A DNA stretch of 64,000 nt from an uncultured Acidobacteriota bacterium (GTDB lineage Bacteria; Acidobacteriota; Thermoanaerobaculia; UBA5066; DATFVB01): contig CAWEYG010000003.1 in assembly GCA_963813155.1 (NCBI GenBank), forward strand, positions 672,001 through 736,000, written 5' to 3'. The notes beneath the pieces are model-generated. The model had not been told where the DNA came from. It ran no database searches and saw only the letters and a program-made list of their open reading frames with translations. Position 1 is the stretch's first letter; every line of letters starts with the position of its first letter. The translations under genes were made by a program, and so were the position numbers. Below, piece by piece: positions 26,177 through 36,507 of this stretch.

Positions 26177-27600
26177 GGGCGGCGATCGCGCTGTGGATGA
26201 TCTGGGGAGCGGGCGCCGTTTCCGATTCTCCGGCGCGGCCGTGGCAGCCTCCCGCGGAGGCGACCGTCGTGCCGGCCCCGCCCCCCGCGACGCCCATTCC
26301 CGAGAAGTGGACGAAGGGAAACACGATTCTCTCTCTCCCGGAAATCCTCGACCTCGCGCTCCGGAACAATCCGTCCACGCGCGCGGCCTGGTTCCAGGCG
26401 CGGGCCGCCGCCGCCGATCTCGGGAGCAAGCGCTCCCAGTACTTCCCCGAGATCGATCTCGGCGGAAACCTGACGCGGCAAAAGGCCACGACGAGCTTCC
26501 CGCCGAGGGTGACGTACTTCCTCACCACGTACGGGCCCACGGCGACGCTCTCGATGCTGCTGCTCGATTTCGGCGGCCGGAGCGGCAACGTCGAGGAAGC
26601 CCGGCAGGCGCTGTACTCGGCGAACTGGGCGCACGACGCCGCGATTCAGAACGTCGTGCTCCTCGTCGAGCAGGCGTATTACCGGTATCTCGACGCGAAA
26701 GGCCTCCGCGACGCCGCGGAGGCGAGCCTGAAAGAGGCGCAGACGAGCTACGACGCGGCGCGCGGGCGGCACGATGCCGGCGTCTCGACGATCGCCGACG
26801 TCCTCCAGGCCAAGACCGCGCTCTCGCAGGCGCAGCTCTCGCTCGAGACGATCGCGGGCCAGATCCAGACGATCCGCGGAGCGCTCGCCACGGCGCTCGG
26901 ATTTCCCGCCAGCGTCGCGAATCTTCCGATCGACATCGGGGAGCTGCCCGAGCAGTTCGACGTCGGTTCCGCCAATCGCGCGGTCGACGACCTCATCGAG
27001 GCCGCGCAGAAGGAGCGCCCCGACCTCGCCGCGGCGCGGGCCGACGCCGCGAAAGCCGAGGCTCACGTTCGGACCGTGAGATCGAGAGGCCTGCCGGCCC
27101 TGCAGGCCTCGGGCACGGCGAACCGAACCTACTACGCCGGCGCCGCCTCGGGGCCGTTCTCGACGAACTACACGGGCGCCCTCCTGCTCTCGGTCCCGTT
27201 GTTCACGGGCTTTCGAACGAGCTACGACACGCGGGAAGCAAAGGAGCAGGCCGAAGCCGCGCGCGCGCAGCTGGAGACTCTCCGCCAGCAGGTGATCCTC
27301 CAGGTCTGGACGAGCTATTTCGAGCTGAAGACGGCCGGACAGAAGGTCCTGACCTCCCGCGATCTCCTCGACAGCGCGAGGCAGTCGCAGGAAGTCGCGC
27401 TCGGCCGCTACAAGAACGGCGTCGGCAGCATTCTCGACCTGCTGACGGCGCAAAGCGCGCTCGCCTCGGCCAGGGCTCAGGACGTGCAGGCGCGCTCCGA
27501 CTGGTTCCTTTCGATCGCCCAGCTCGCCCACGACACGGGGGTCCTCGGTTCCCCGGCCGCCGCGGCTTCCGCCGCGCCGGAAACAAAGGAGTCCAAATGA
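26173..27600 (+). CDS. TolC/OMF family outer-membrane efflux protein
   Basis: ALRNNP, YFPEIDL, ERPDL, SVPLFTG, RYKNGVGSILDLL.AQ two-repeat OEP pattern; operon context. Confidence 0.9.
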   Translation: MRAAIALWMIWGAGAVSDSPARPWQPPAEATVVPAPPPATPIPEKWTKGNTILSLPEILDLALRNNPSTRAAWFQARAAAADLGSKRSQYFPEIDLGGNLTRQKATTSFPPRVTYFLTTYGPTATLSMLLLDFGGRSGNVEEARQALYSANWAHDAAIQNVVLLVEQAYYRYLDAKGLRDAAEASLKEAQTSYDAARGRHDAGVSTIADVLQAKTALSQAQLSLETIAGQIQTIRGALATALGFPASVANLPIDIGELPEQFDVGSANRAVDDLIEAAQKERPDLAAARADAAKAEAHVRTVRSRGLPALQASGTANRTYYAGAASGPFSTNYTGALLLSVPLFTGFRTSYDTREAKEQAEAARAQLETLRQQVILQVWTSYFELKTAGQKVLTSRDLLDSARQSQEVALGRYKNGVGSILDLLTAQSALASARAQDVQARSDWFLSIAQLAHDTGVLGSPAAAASAAPETKESK

Positions 27601-28685
27601 GAATCTCCCTTCTGATCGCGATCCTCGCCGTTTCGGCGGCGTGCTCCCGCCCGGAGCCCAAGCGCGCAACGGAATCCGTTCCGGTCACGGCCGCCACGGT
27701 CGAAAAGCGTTCGGTCCCCGTCGAGGTCGCCGCGATCGGCCACGTCGAGCCGCTGTCCACCGTTTCGATTCGGGCCCAGGTCGGGGGCACGATCACCCGG
27801 GTCTGGTTTCGCGAGGGCCTGGACGTCCAGAAGGGCGACATGCTCCTGACGATCGACCCGCGCCCTTACGAGGCCGCGCTTCGCCAGGCGCAGGCGGCCC
27901 TCGCACGCGACCAGGCGCAGGCGAAGAACGCCGTCTCCGAGTCGAAGAGGTACGCGGACCTCGCGCAGAAGGACTACGTCACGCGCGAGCAGTCCGACCA
28001 GATGCAGGCCAACTCCGCCGCGCTCGACGCGACGGTGAAGGCCGACGAAGCCGCCGTCGAGAACGCGCGGCTGCAGGTCGCGTACTGCTCGATCACGGCC
28101 CCGATCGCCGGGCGGACGGGCAGCCTGCTCGTGAAAGAAGGCAACGTCGTCAAGCCGAACGACGTCCCGCTTCTCGTGATCAACCAGATCCAGCCGATCC
28201 TCGCGACGTTCTCGATTCCGGAAGCCCAGTTGACCGAGATCAAGAAGCACTCGACCGGCTCCGCGCTCACGGTCACGGCGACCGCGCCGGGAGGCGACGC
28301 TCACCGCGGCGAGCTCACGTTCGTCGACAACGCGGTCGACATGACGACCGGGACGATCACGCTGAAAGCCACGTTTCCCAACGAGCGCCGCGGCCTGTGG
28401 CCCGGGCAGTTCGTGAATCTCGTGCTCGTGATGAGCACACAGGCCAACGCCGTCGTCGTGCCTTCGCCAGCCGTTCAGACGGGCCAGTCCGGGTCCTACG
28501 TGTACGTGATCAAGGCGGACTCCACCGTCGAATCGCGCCCGGTGGCCGTGGAGCGAACGCAGGGAACCCTCTCGATCGTCGCGAAGGGTCTCGCCCCCGG
28601 CGAGCAGGTCGTCACGGACGGCCAGCTGCGCCTGACACCCGGGGTGCGGGTCGAGGTCAAGAGATCCGGGGAGGCCGCCTCATGA
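27597..28685 (+). CDS. RND efflux periplasmic adaptor (MdtA-like lipoprotein)
   Basis: SAAC lipobox; IDPRPYEA, ITAPIAGRTG, VDNAVD.TTGTI.LKA.F.N, LWPGQFV. ATG 27597. Confidence 0.92.
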   Translation: MRISLLIAILAVSAACSRPEPKRATESVPVTAATVEKRSVPVEVAAIGHVEPLSTVSIRAQVGGTITRVWFREGLDVQKGDMLLTIDPRPYEAALRQAQAALARDQAQAKNAVSESKRYADLAQKDYVTREQSDQMQANSAALDATVKADEAAVENARLQVAYCSITAPIAGRTGSLLVKEGNVVKPNDVPLLVINQIQPILATFSIPEAQLTEIKKHSTGSALTVTATAPGGDAHRGELTFVDNAVDMTTGTITLKATFPNERRGLWPGQFVNLVLVMSTQANAVVVPSPAVQTGQSGSYVYVIKADSTVESRPVAVERTQGTLSIVAKGLAPGEQVVTDGQLRLTPGVRVEVKRSGEAAS

Positions 28686-31600
28686 ACATCGCCGAAATCT
28701 TCATCAAACGTCCCGTCATGACGACGCTCGTCATGCTGGCGATCCTGCTCTTCGGGCTGATGGGCTACCGGCTCCTGCCCGTCTCCGACCTCCCGAACGT
28801 CGATTTCCCGACGATCCAGGTGGCCGCGACCCTGCCGGGCGCCTCGCCGGAGACGATGGCATCGGCCGTCGCCACGCCGCTCGAGAAGCAGTTCACGACG
28901 ATTGCCGGCCTCGACAACATGAACTCGACGAGCTCGCAGGGATCGACCCAGATCACGCTCCAGTTCAACTTGAGCCGCAATCTCGACAACGCCGCCCAGG
29001 ACGTGCAGTCGATGATCGCGGCGGCCGCCCGGCAGCTCCCTCCGGAAATGCCGGCGCCGCCCTCGTATCAGAAGGTGAATCCCGCCGACTCGCCGATCAT
29101 GTACCTCGCGCTCACCTCGTCGACGCTTCCCCTTTCGACTCTCGACGAATACGGCGAAACGTTCATGGCGCAGCGGATCTCGACGATTCCCGGAGTCGCG
29201 CAGGTGCAGGTCTACGGTCCCCAGAAGTACGCCGTCCGAATCCAGCTGGACCCGCGCGCTCTCGCAACCCGCGGGATCGGGATCGACGAAGTCTCGAGCG
29301 CCGTCAGCAACGCCAACGTGAATCTGCCGACGGGAATCATGTACGGCCCCTCGAAGGCGTTCACGCTCCAGGCCACCGGGCAGCTGAACGAAGCGGGCGC
29401 CTACCGGTCCATTCTCGTCTCCTACAAGAACGGCGCGCCGGTGCGCCTCGACTCAGGTCGGCCGCGTCTTCGACAGCGTCGAGAACGACAAGACGGCCGC
29501 CTGGTTCAACGGCGACCGGTCGATCTCGCTCGCGATCCAGCGGCAGCCGGGAACCAACACCGTCCAGGTCGCGGACGCGGTGCGGAGGCTCCTGCCGACC
29601 TTCCAGAAGCAGCTCCCGCCGGCAGCCCAGCTCCACGTCCTCTTCGACCGGTCGGTTTCGATCAAAGAGTCCGTCCACGACGTGAAGTTCACGCTCATCC
29701 TCACGCTGTGTCTCGTCGTCATGGTGATCTTCGTGTTCCTGCGAAACGTCTCGGCGACCGTCATCCCGAGTCTCGCGCTGCCACTCTCGATCGCCGGGAC
29801 GTTCGCGCTCATGTACGTCCTCGGGTACAGCATGGACAACCTGTCGCTCATGGCGCTGACGCTTTCCGTCGGCTTCGTCGTCGACGACGCGATCGTGATG
29901 CTCGAAAACATCGTCCGCCACATGGAGATGGGCGAGCCCGTCATGACCGCCGCCCTGAACGGCTCCAAGGAGATCGGGTTCACGATCCTTTCGATGACGC
30001 TCTCGCTCGCCGCGGTCTTCATCCCCGTCCTCTTCATGGGCGGAATCGTCGGACGGCTCTTCCACGAGTTCGCGGTGACGATCGGCGTCGCGATCCTTCT
30101 CTCGGGATTCATCTCCCTCTCGCTCACGCCGATGCTCTGCAGCCGCTTCCTGAAACCGCACGAGAAGGAACAGAAGCACGGACGCGTCTACCAGGCCACC
30201 GAGAAGGGATTCGACGAGACGCTGGCACTCTACGAGAGGACCCTCAAGTTCGTCCTGCGCCATGGAACCGCCACGCTCCTGGTGTCGCTCGCGATCCTCG
30301 TCGCGACGGTGTACCTGTTCATCGCGATCCCGAAAGGCTTCCTTCCGAGCGAGGACATCGGCCAGGTGTTCGGGTTCACCGAGGCCGCGCAGGGGATCTC
30401 GTTTTCGGAGATGAAAGAACACCAGAAGGCCGTCGCGGCGGTGGCCGGCGCGGACCCCGACATCGAGAATCTCCTTTCGAGCTGCGGTCCCCGGGGGAGC
30501 ATCAGCAACGGAAACCAGGGCATCATCTTCGGCAAGCTCCGGGACCGCTCGGTGCGCAGACGCTCCGTCGACGACATCATCCAGAGTCTTCGGCCGAAGC
30601 TCGCGAAGATCACGGGCATTCGCGTGTTTCTGCAGAACCCTCCCCCGATCCGGATCGGCGGCAGCCTGACCAAGAGCCAGTACCAGTATGCGCTTCAGGA
30701 TCCGGACACGGCCGAGCTCTACCGGTTCGCTCCCATCCTCGAAGAAAAGATGCGCGGCGTCCCGGGGCTCCTCGACGTGACGAGCGACATGCAATTGAAG
30801 AATCCCCAGCTCCACGTCGATATCGACCGCGACAAGGCCGGCGCCCTCGGGATCACGCCGCAGAAGATCGAGGACGCGCTTTACACCGCGTACGGCTCGC
30901 GCCAGATCTCGACGATCTACGCGCCGAACAACGAGTACCAGGTGATCATGGAGCTGGCGCCGGAGTACCAGCGCAATCCGAGCGACATCTCGATGCTCTA
31001 CATCCATTCGGCGACGGGCGACCTGGTTCCGCTCTCGACGCTCGTGCATCTGTCCGAAAACGTCGGTCCGCTGCAGGTCAACCACACGGGCCAGCTCCCC
31101 TCGGTCACCATTTCGTTCAATCTGAAGCCGGGGGCCGCCATCGGCGAGGCGGTCGCGGCCGTCGACAAGCTCGCGCGCCAGGCGCTCCCCGCGACGATCA
31201 GCACGAGCTTTCAGGGCACCGCCCAGGCCTTCCAGTCGTCCTTCCAGGGCCTCGGAATGCTGCTGCTCATGGCGATCCTCGTGATCTACATGGTTCTGGG
31301 CATCCTCTACGAGAGTTTCATCCATCCCCTCACGATTCTCTCGGCGCTCCCTTTTGCCGGGTTCGGGGCGCTCGTCACGCTGATGCTCTTCCACACCGAG
31401 CTCTCGATCTACGCGTTCGTCGGAATCATCATGCTCGTCGGCATCGTGAAGAAGAACGGCATCATGATGATCGACTTCGCCGTCGAGGCGCAGCGCAACG
31501 AGGGGAAGGCCCCGGCCGACGCGATCTACGAAGCGTGCGTCGTGCGGTTCCGCCCGATCATGATGACGACGATGGCCGCCCTCATGGGAACGCTGCCGAT

Positions 31601-31850
31601 CGCCATGGGAATCGGGGCGGGGGCGGAGTCTCGCCGGCCGCTCGGTCTCGCGGTCGTGGGCGGTCTCCTCTTCTCGCAGCTCCTGACGCTCTATGTCACG
31701 CCCGTCTTCTACATCTCGATGGAGAAGCTGCGGGAGTGGTCGGCGCGCTCCACCCCCGCCGGCGAAAGGGCGCCGCGCCTCGCGCCCGAGGGGCCGGCGG
31801 ACTCCGAGAAAAGGGGCGCGGGCGGGGGCATTCTGAAGCTGAGAGAGTGA
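28682..31850 (+). CDS. RND efflux permease (MdtB/MdtC-like), frameshift near 29455
   Basis: FIKRPVMT, LPVSDLPNVDFPTI, GFVVDDAIV.LENI, VKKNGIMMIDFA, RFRPIMMTT. N-part in the ORF 27641 frame, C-part in the ORF 29580 frame. Confidence 0.92.
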
Positions 31851-31896
31851 CGACTCCGGCGCCATTCGAGCTATGATGGCGGATGGAGGATCCTGC

Positions 31897-32697
31897 TTGA
31901 GCGAGGAAAAATCCATGGACAAGGTCCAGGCCGTGCAGCAGATGTTTCGCGACCTGCTGGAACGCAGCCGTTCTCTGCGCGAGGACCTCCTCAAGGAGAA
32001 CGACCGCCTCCGCCACCGGGTGCAGGACCTCGAGACCGACCTGGCGACCGCGGAGACCTTCCTTTCCACCGAATTCCAGGAAACGAGCCAGGAAAAAGAG
32101 CGCCTTCGGCGCCAGACCAACGAGCTCGAGCTCGAGAACCGCGACTTCGCGCAGCGCAACGTGGAGCTGGAAGACCGCACTTCGAGCCTCGCGAACCTCT
32201 ACGCCGCGACCTTTCAACTCCACTCGACGCTCGACCCCGCGACGGTCATCCAGTGCGTCGTGGAGATCGCCCTGAACCTCATCGGAGCGGCCGACTTCGT
32301 TCTCTACCTCACCGACGATTCACAGGGAGACTACGTGCTCGCCGCGCGGGAGGGGGACTCCGCGCCCGGCACGAACCGGCTTCCCTCGCTGGCGAAGCTC
32401 GTGGAGCAGGGAGCGATCGAGCAGAAGCGCGCCTTCTTCCAGGACGAGCTGCCCGAGGGCGCCGGCGCCGACGAGCCGCTCTGCTGCGTGCCGCTGATCT
32501 TCCGCGACCGGCTCGTCGGCGCGATGACCGTCTACGGCCTGCTGTCCCACAAGCAAACCTTCTCGTCCCTCGACCGGGAGCTCTTCGACCTGCTCGGCGG
32601 GCAGGCCGCGCTCGCGATCGTCTCGTCGCAGGCCTACATCTCCGTGGACCGGAAGCTCAAGACGGTGCAGAAGTTCATGGAGCTCCTCAAAAACTGA
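31897..32697 (+). CDS. Coiled-coil + GAF domain protein
   Basis: N-terminal heptad-rich region, NLYAATFQLHSTLD, and GAF-like CVPL..RDRLVGA.TVY.LL.HK...DRELFDLL..QAA. TTG 31897 follows GGAGGA; alternative starts are 31873 and 31915. Confidence 0.8.
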   Translation: MSEEKSMDKVQAVQQMFRDLLERSRSLREDLLKENDRLRHRVQDLETDLATAETFLSTEFQETSQEKERLRRQTNELELENRDFAQRNVELEDRTSSLANLYAATFQLHSTLDPATVIQCVVEIALNLIGAADFVLYLTDDSQGDYVLAAREGDSAPGTNRLPSLAKLVEQGAIEQKRAFFQDELPEGAGADEPLCCVPLIFRDRLVGAMTVYGLLSHKQTFSSLDRELFDLLGGQAALAIVSSQAYISVDRKLKTVQKFMELLKN

Positions 32698-32699
32698 CC

Positions 32700-33917
32700 A
32701 TGCCTTCCCCTCGGACAAACGCACCGGACGAAGCCCGCATCCTCCGGGGGCTCATCGAGGATCTTCCGCTCTCCGACATCTTGCAGTTCCTCCAGGTCGG
32801 AGCGAAGAGCGGAGCGCTCTTCCTGAACCGCCCGACCGGGGACACGGCCGTCGTCACGTTTCGAAGCGGGAACATCGTGCAGGCGGTTCGGACCGACGCC
32901 TACCAGACGCTCGGGGACCGGCTGATCGACAAGAGCCTGATCACTGTCGAGCAGCTCCACGATTCGCTCGCGTACCTCGCCCACTTTCCGGGCATGCGGA
33001 TCGGGGACGCGCTCGTCGAGCGCGGAGTCATCACCCGGCAGACCGTCGAGCTCGAAGTGCGGCAACAGATCACCGAGACGATCGAGAGCCTCATGACCTG
33101 GTCGAACGCAGAATTCGAGTTCCGGATCGGAATGGTGTCGATCGGCCGCGGAATGCCGAATTTCGCGCTGGACCTGGTGCTTGCCGACGGCGTCGAGCCG
33201 CGCCACCTCCTGCTCGAGGCGAGCCTGATGAAGGACAAGCACGAGCGGGAATCGACGGAAACGCCCGCCGAGGAGGACGACGACGCGAAGACCATTCAAT
33301 GGTTCGACGACGGGTCCCGGCCGCCGGATTTCGACATGGAAGACCCGGAACAGCTGCGCATCGCGCACGCGTACCTGTCGGTCAGCGAAGAGCTCTTCTC
33401 GGCGAGCGAACGCGGCGAGATGGCCCTTCTCCTCCTGCGCTACGCGAGCGAGCTCTACGGCGAGGGAGGGCTGCTCCTGCGCGATTCGCAGGGCTTCCGC
33501 GTGCTCGGCCAGTTCGGCTCCGCGTTCGCCTGGGGCGACGAGGCGGCCCCGATCCAGAAAACGTCGTTTCCGATAGAACAGAATCCCCTGCTCAAGATGA
33601 TCGCGAGCGATGGACGGCCGTACGCCGGCTACGTCTCCCTCACCCCGGAGGGCGGGCTCGCAATGGCCCAGCCGAGGACTCCGGGGGCCGTCTCGACGCT
33701 CGCCGTTCCGCTGCTCGTGCTCGGCCGAGTCTCGCTCGTTCTTTTCTGCCGGTCGCCGCTCGCCTCCCTGACCGACGCAAGGGCCCTGATCGCGCTCGCG
33801 CGCCAGATCTCGATCGGGCTCGAAAACCTCGCGCTTCGCGAGGTGGCCCGGCGGAAGCCTCCGGAGCGCTCCGGCTTGACCATCGCGCCGGGATTCTCTA
33901 TCGTCCCAAAGAGATGA
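32700..33917 (+). CDS. DUF4388 (PatA-N) domain protein with C-terminal GAF-like region
   Basis: LRGLIEDLPLSDILQFL..GAKSGAL, LGDRL, IGDALV.RG, W..AEFEF; C-terminal LAVPLLVLG...LARQI.I.LEN. Confidence 0.85.
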   Translation: MPSPRTNAPDEARILRGLIEDLPLSDILQFLQVGAKSGALFLNRPTGDTAVVTFRSGNIVQAVRTDAYQTLGDRLIDKSLITVEQLHDSLAYLAHFPGMRIGDALVERGVITRQTVELEVRQQITETIESLMTWSNAEFEFRIGMVSIGRGMPNFALDLVLADGVEPRHLLLEASLMKDKHERESTETPAEEDDDAKTIQWFDDGSRPPDFDMEDPEQLRIAHAYLSVSEELFSASERGEMALLLLRYASELYGEGGLLLRDSQGFRVLGQFGSAFAWGDEAAPIQKTSFPIEQNPLLKMIASDGRPYAGYVSLTPEGGLAMAQPRTPGAVSTLAVPLLVLGRVSLVLFCRSPLASLTDARALIALARQISIGLENLALREVARRKPPERSGLTIAPGFSIVPKR

Positions 33918-34312
33918 CTTCGCAAAACCCGTCCATCCTCATCGTCGAAGACTCTTCGACCGTCCGGCAGATGCTGATGCTGAACCTGAAGCAGCTTACC
34001 GGCTGCAAGATCACGGAAGCGTCCAACGGCGCCGAAGCGCTCGCGAAGCTTTCCGTTCAGCCCGTGGACCTCATCCTGACCGACATCAACATGCCCATCA
34101 TGGACGGGTTGAAGCTCGTCGGATTCGTCCGTCAGAACGAGAACCTGAAGAACATCCCGATCATCATCATCACGACGAAGGGCGCGGACGAGGACCGCGA
34201 GCGCGGCCTCGCGCTCGGCGCGAACGCCTACATCCCGAAGCCGATCCAGGCGAGCGCGCTCATGCAGACCGTGCGCAAGCTCCTCGCCGAGCCCAGCGCG
34301 AAACCCGCGTAA
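33914..34312 (+). CDS. Single-domain CheY-like response regulator
   Basis: ILIVEDS, LTDINMPIMDG (phospho-Asp), IITT, YIPKP. ATG overlaps the upstream stop. Confidence 0.93.
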   Translation: MTSQNPSILIVEDSSTVRQMLMLNLKQLTGCKITEASNGAEALAKLSVQPVDLILTDINMPIMDGLKLVGFVRQNENLKNIPIIIITTKGADEDRERGLALGANAYIPKPIQASALMQTVRKLLAEPSAKPA

Positions 34313-34318
34313 ACCGAA

Positions 34319-34433
34319 CCCCTCACCCGGCTCGCCTCGCAGATACCTCGGCTCGCCGACCTCTCCCTCAAGGGGAGAGGTGGATCGAGCCCGCTTCACC
34401 CTCTCCCCCTGCGGGAGAGGGAAGGGTGAGGGG
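34319..34433. repeat. REP-like palindromic element, inverted pair of CCCTCACCC...CTCTCCC/GGGAGAG units
   Basis: Terminal 10-bp IR CCCCTCACCC/GGGTGAGGGG; two hairpins CCTCTCCC-N5-GGGAGAGG at about 34360-34380 and 34400-34420; lies between convergent genes. Confidence 0.75.
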
Positions 34434-34443
34434 TGACTTCGGT

Positions 34444-35892
34444 CTACCCCGTCGCCCGCTCCCGCTCCGCCGCCTCTCCTGCCGCCGGCCGGGCCGAGGC
34501 GGCGTGCTCCTTGAGGTAAGCGGCGGGATCCATCATGCGCTGCGTCCGGGCGAGCACGCGAACGAGGTAGGGGATCTGCCGCGGCCGCACCTGCCGGATC
34601 CAGTCCCACAGGCTCTTCTCGCCGCTCGTGTTCAGGATCGACCGCCTCCACGTCTCCGCGTAGAGCTCGAAGAAGCGGCGGGCGCCGAGCTTCGGCTCCC
34701 ACAGGACGTGGCTCATGTCGTACTTGAACCAGGGTTGCCCCTCGATCGCGGGAGCCAGCTTTCGGTGGAGCTCCGTTCCCGGCAGCGGGGTCAGCACCGT
34801 GTAGCCGGCGCGCTGGAATCCGTGGCGCGCGACGAAGTCCCACAGCTCGCGGAAGTCCGCTTCCTCCCAGTCCGGGTCGACGAGGAAATTGCCCGTCACG
34901 CCGTATTTCAGGGAGCGGGCGACGCGGGCCGCCTCGACGCTCTGGTTCGCGCTCGCGTCCTTGACGACGCTCTGCAGCCCCGCGTCGGACGCCGACTCCA
35001 GCCCGAAGAAGATGTCGAAGTCCTTCGCGAGCGGCCGCCACTCCGCCAGGAGGTCCGCGTTGCGCGCGACGAGGTCCGTCCGGCTCTGGACGAGCATCCA
35101 CCGCTTGCGGATTCCCCTCTTGCGCAGCGCTCGCGCGAGCTCGAGGCTCCTCGCGGGGTGGTTCCAGAACAGGTCGTCGACGACGAAGACGTTCTCGCCG
35201 ACCGAGGCGAAATCTTCCACGACCGCGGCGACGCTTCTCTCCCGGAACGACCGGTCGTAGAGCTGCCAGACGGAACAGAAAGAACAGCGGTACGGGCAGC
35301 CGCGCGCCGTCTCCACGAGCCAGACCGGCTTGAAGAGAAGGCAGTGGTACCGGTTGCGGTAGCGGCCGACGAGATCGCGCGCCGGAAGAGCGACCTCGTC
35401 CAGCTCCGTGCGGTTCGACAGCGGCGGCGTGGAGATCCATCCGTCCCGTGTCCGAAGGCGCAGGCCCGGAACCTCCGAGAGCGGCCGGCGGCGGTCGAGC
35501 GCGCGCACGAGAGCCGGGAAGATCTCCTCCCCGTCGTCGGTGCAGATCGCGTCGAGAGCGTCGTTCTCGAGCGGTTCCGGATAGGCGGACGCCGCATGCC
35601 CCCCGGCGACGATGAAGGCGTCCGGAACGACGCGCCTCACCTCGCGCGCGACGCCGAGAACCTGGTCGTACTCGAGCGCGTGCATGCCGGAGATCCCGAC
35701 GACGTTCGGCCGGACGCGCCGGGCCCACGAAGCCGCGCCGGCCCCGAACCTCTCGTCGACGATGACCGACTCGTATCCGGCGCGGCGAAGGCCCGCTCCC
35801 ACGTATTCCAGGCCGAGCGGCTCGACGCGAAAAAACGGCCCGAGGCCGAAGCGCTCGTTGCCGGGGTCGGGTCGAATGAACAGGGTCTTCAT
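34444..35892 (-). CDS. B12-binding radical SAM enzyme (class B methyltransferase-like; HpnR-like)
   Basis: EPLGLEYV, GGH.A B12-binding region; ARGCPYRCSFC (CxxxCxxC); DDLF, FGLES, TPLPGT. ATG 35892. Confidence 0.88.
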   Translation of the reverse strand: MKTLFIRPDPGNERFGLGPFFRVEPLGLEYVGAGLRRAGYESVIVDERFGAGAASWARRVRPNVVGISGMHALEYDQVLGVAREVRRVVPDAFIVAGGHAASAYPEPLENDALDAICTDDGEEIFPALVRALDRRRPLSEVPGLRLRTRDGWISTPPLSNRTELDEVALPARDLVGRYRNRYHCLLFKPVWLVETARGCPYRCSFCSVWQLYDRSFRERSVAAVVEDFASVGENVFVVDDLFWNHPARSLELARALRKRGIRKRWMLVQSRTDLVARNADLLAEWRPLAKDFDIFFGLESASDAGLQSVVKDASANQSVEAARVARSLKYGVTGNFLVDPDWEEADFRELWDFVARHGFQRAGYTVLTPLPGTELHRKLAPAIEGQPWFKYDMSHVLWEPKLGARRFFELYAETWRRSILNTSGEKSLWDWIRQVRPRQIPYLVRVLARTQRMMDPAAYLKEHAASARPAAGEAAERERATG

Positions 35893-35979
35893 GGATTGGT
35901 CCAAAGAGTTTTTTCCGGCGCCGATCCTACGCGGATTCTTCCCCGCCGGCAACACGGGAAACGCGCCGGAGCCGGCGCC

Positions 35980-36008
35980 TTGACTCCCCCGCCCGGCTCC
36001 GCTATCTT
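35980..36008 (+). promoter_or_regulatory. Sigma70 promoter of tRNA-Gly
   Basis: TTGACT (35980-85), 17-bp spacer, TATCTT (36003-08), about 19 nt upstream of the tRNA. Confidence 0.7.
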
Positions 36009-36027
36009 CTTGCTTCTTCTGGCCTGG

Positions 36028-36102
36028 GCGGGAATAGCTCAGTGGTAGAGCGCCACCTTGCCAAGGTGGATGTCGCGGGTTCGACTCCCGTTTCCCGCTC
36101 CA
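36028..36102 (+). tRNA. tRNA-Gly (GCC)
   Basis: GCGGGAA acceptor stem pairs with TTCCCGC; D-arm GCTC-AGTGGTA-GAGC; anticodon arm CCACC-TTGCCAA-GGTGG; T-loop GGTTCGACTCC; encoded CCA. Confidence 0.97.
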
Positions 36103-36115
36103 AACTTTCGCCGAC

Positions 36116-36487
36116 TCACACGATCTTGCACGGGATGAGCGCGTCTTCGTCGAAGGAGTAGACGGCGCAGAGCCGGTGATACCCGTCCGCGATGACGACC
36201 TTGCCGAGCTCCGTCGCGCGCACGAGCAGGAGCGGCGAAAGCTTCTGACGCTTTCGAATCTTCGCGCGGTCCTTCTCCACGTGCGAATTGCTGACTCCCA
36301 GCAGCGACAGGCCCGAGGCCCGGAAGATGTCCTTCGCCTTGAACTCGACGACCTTCGACTTCTTCAAGCGCCGCACGAGGGACGCCGCGGACGCCTTGTC
36401 GTAGAGGAGGGTCAGGTAAGACTCGGCGGCCGGATAGTCATGATCTTCCGGCTCCTCGAGCCACCCGATCTTTGCCTTCGGCGCCAT
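36116..36487 (-). CDS. Stand-alone ParB/Sulfiredoxin-like domain protein (123 aa)
   Basis: C-terminal part of ORF 36116..38266 from ATG 36487: ...LSPLLLVR...VIADGYHRLCA (P.ll....DG.HR motif). TAGAAT box 7 nt upstream. Confidence 0.75.
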   Translation of the reverse strand: MAPKAKIGWLEEPEDHDYPAAESYLTLLYDKASAASLVRRLKKSKVVEFKAKDIFRASGLSLLGVSNSHVEKDRAKIRKRQKLSPLLLVRATELGKVVIADGYHRLCAVYSFDEDALIPCKIV

Positions 36488-36507
36488 CCGCAGAATTCTA
36501 TCCTCGA

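Noticed and set aside
36028-36120. Genomic island or prophage integrated at tRNA-Gly
   Set aside because: No adjacent integrase, no duplicate of the tRNA 3' end noticed, and no phage genes.
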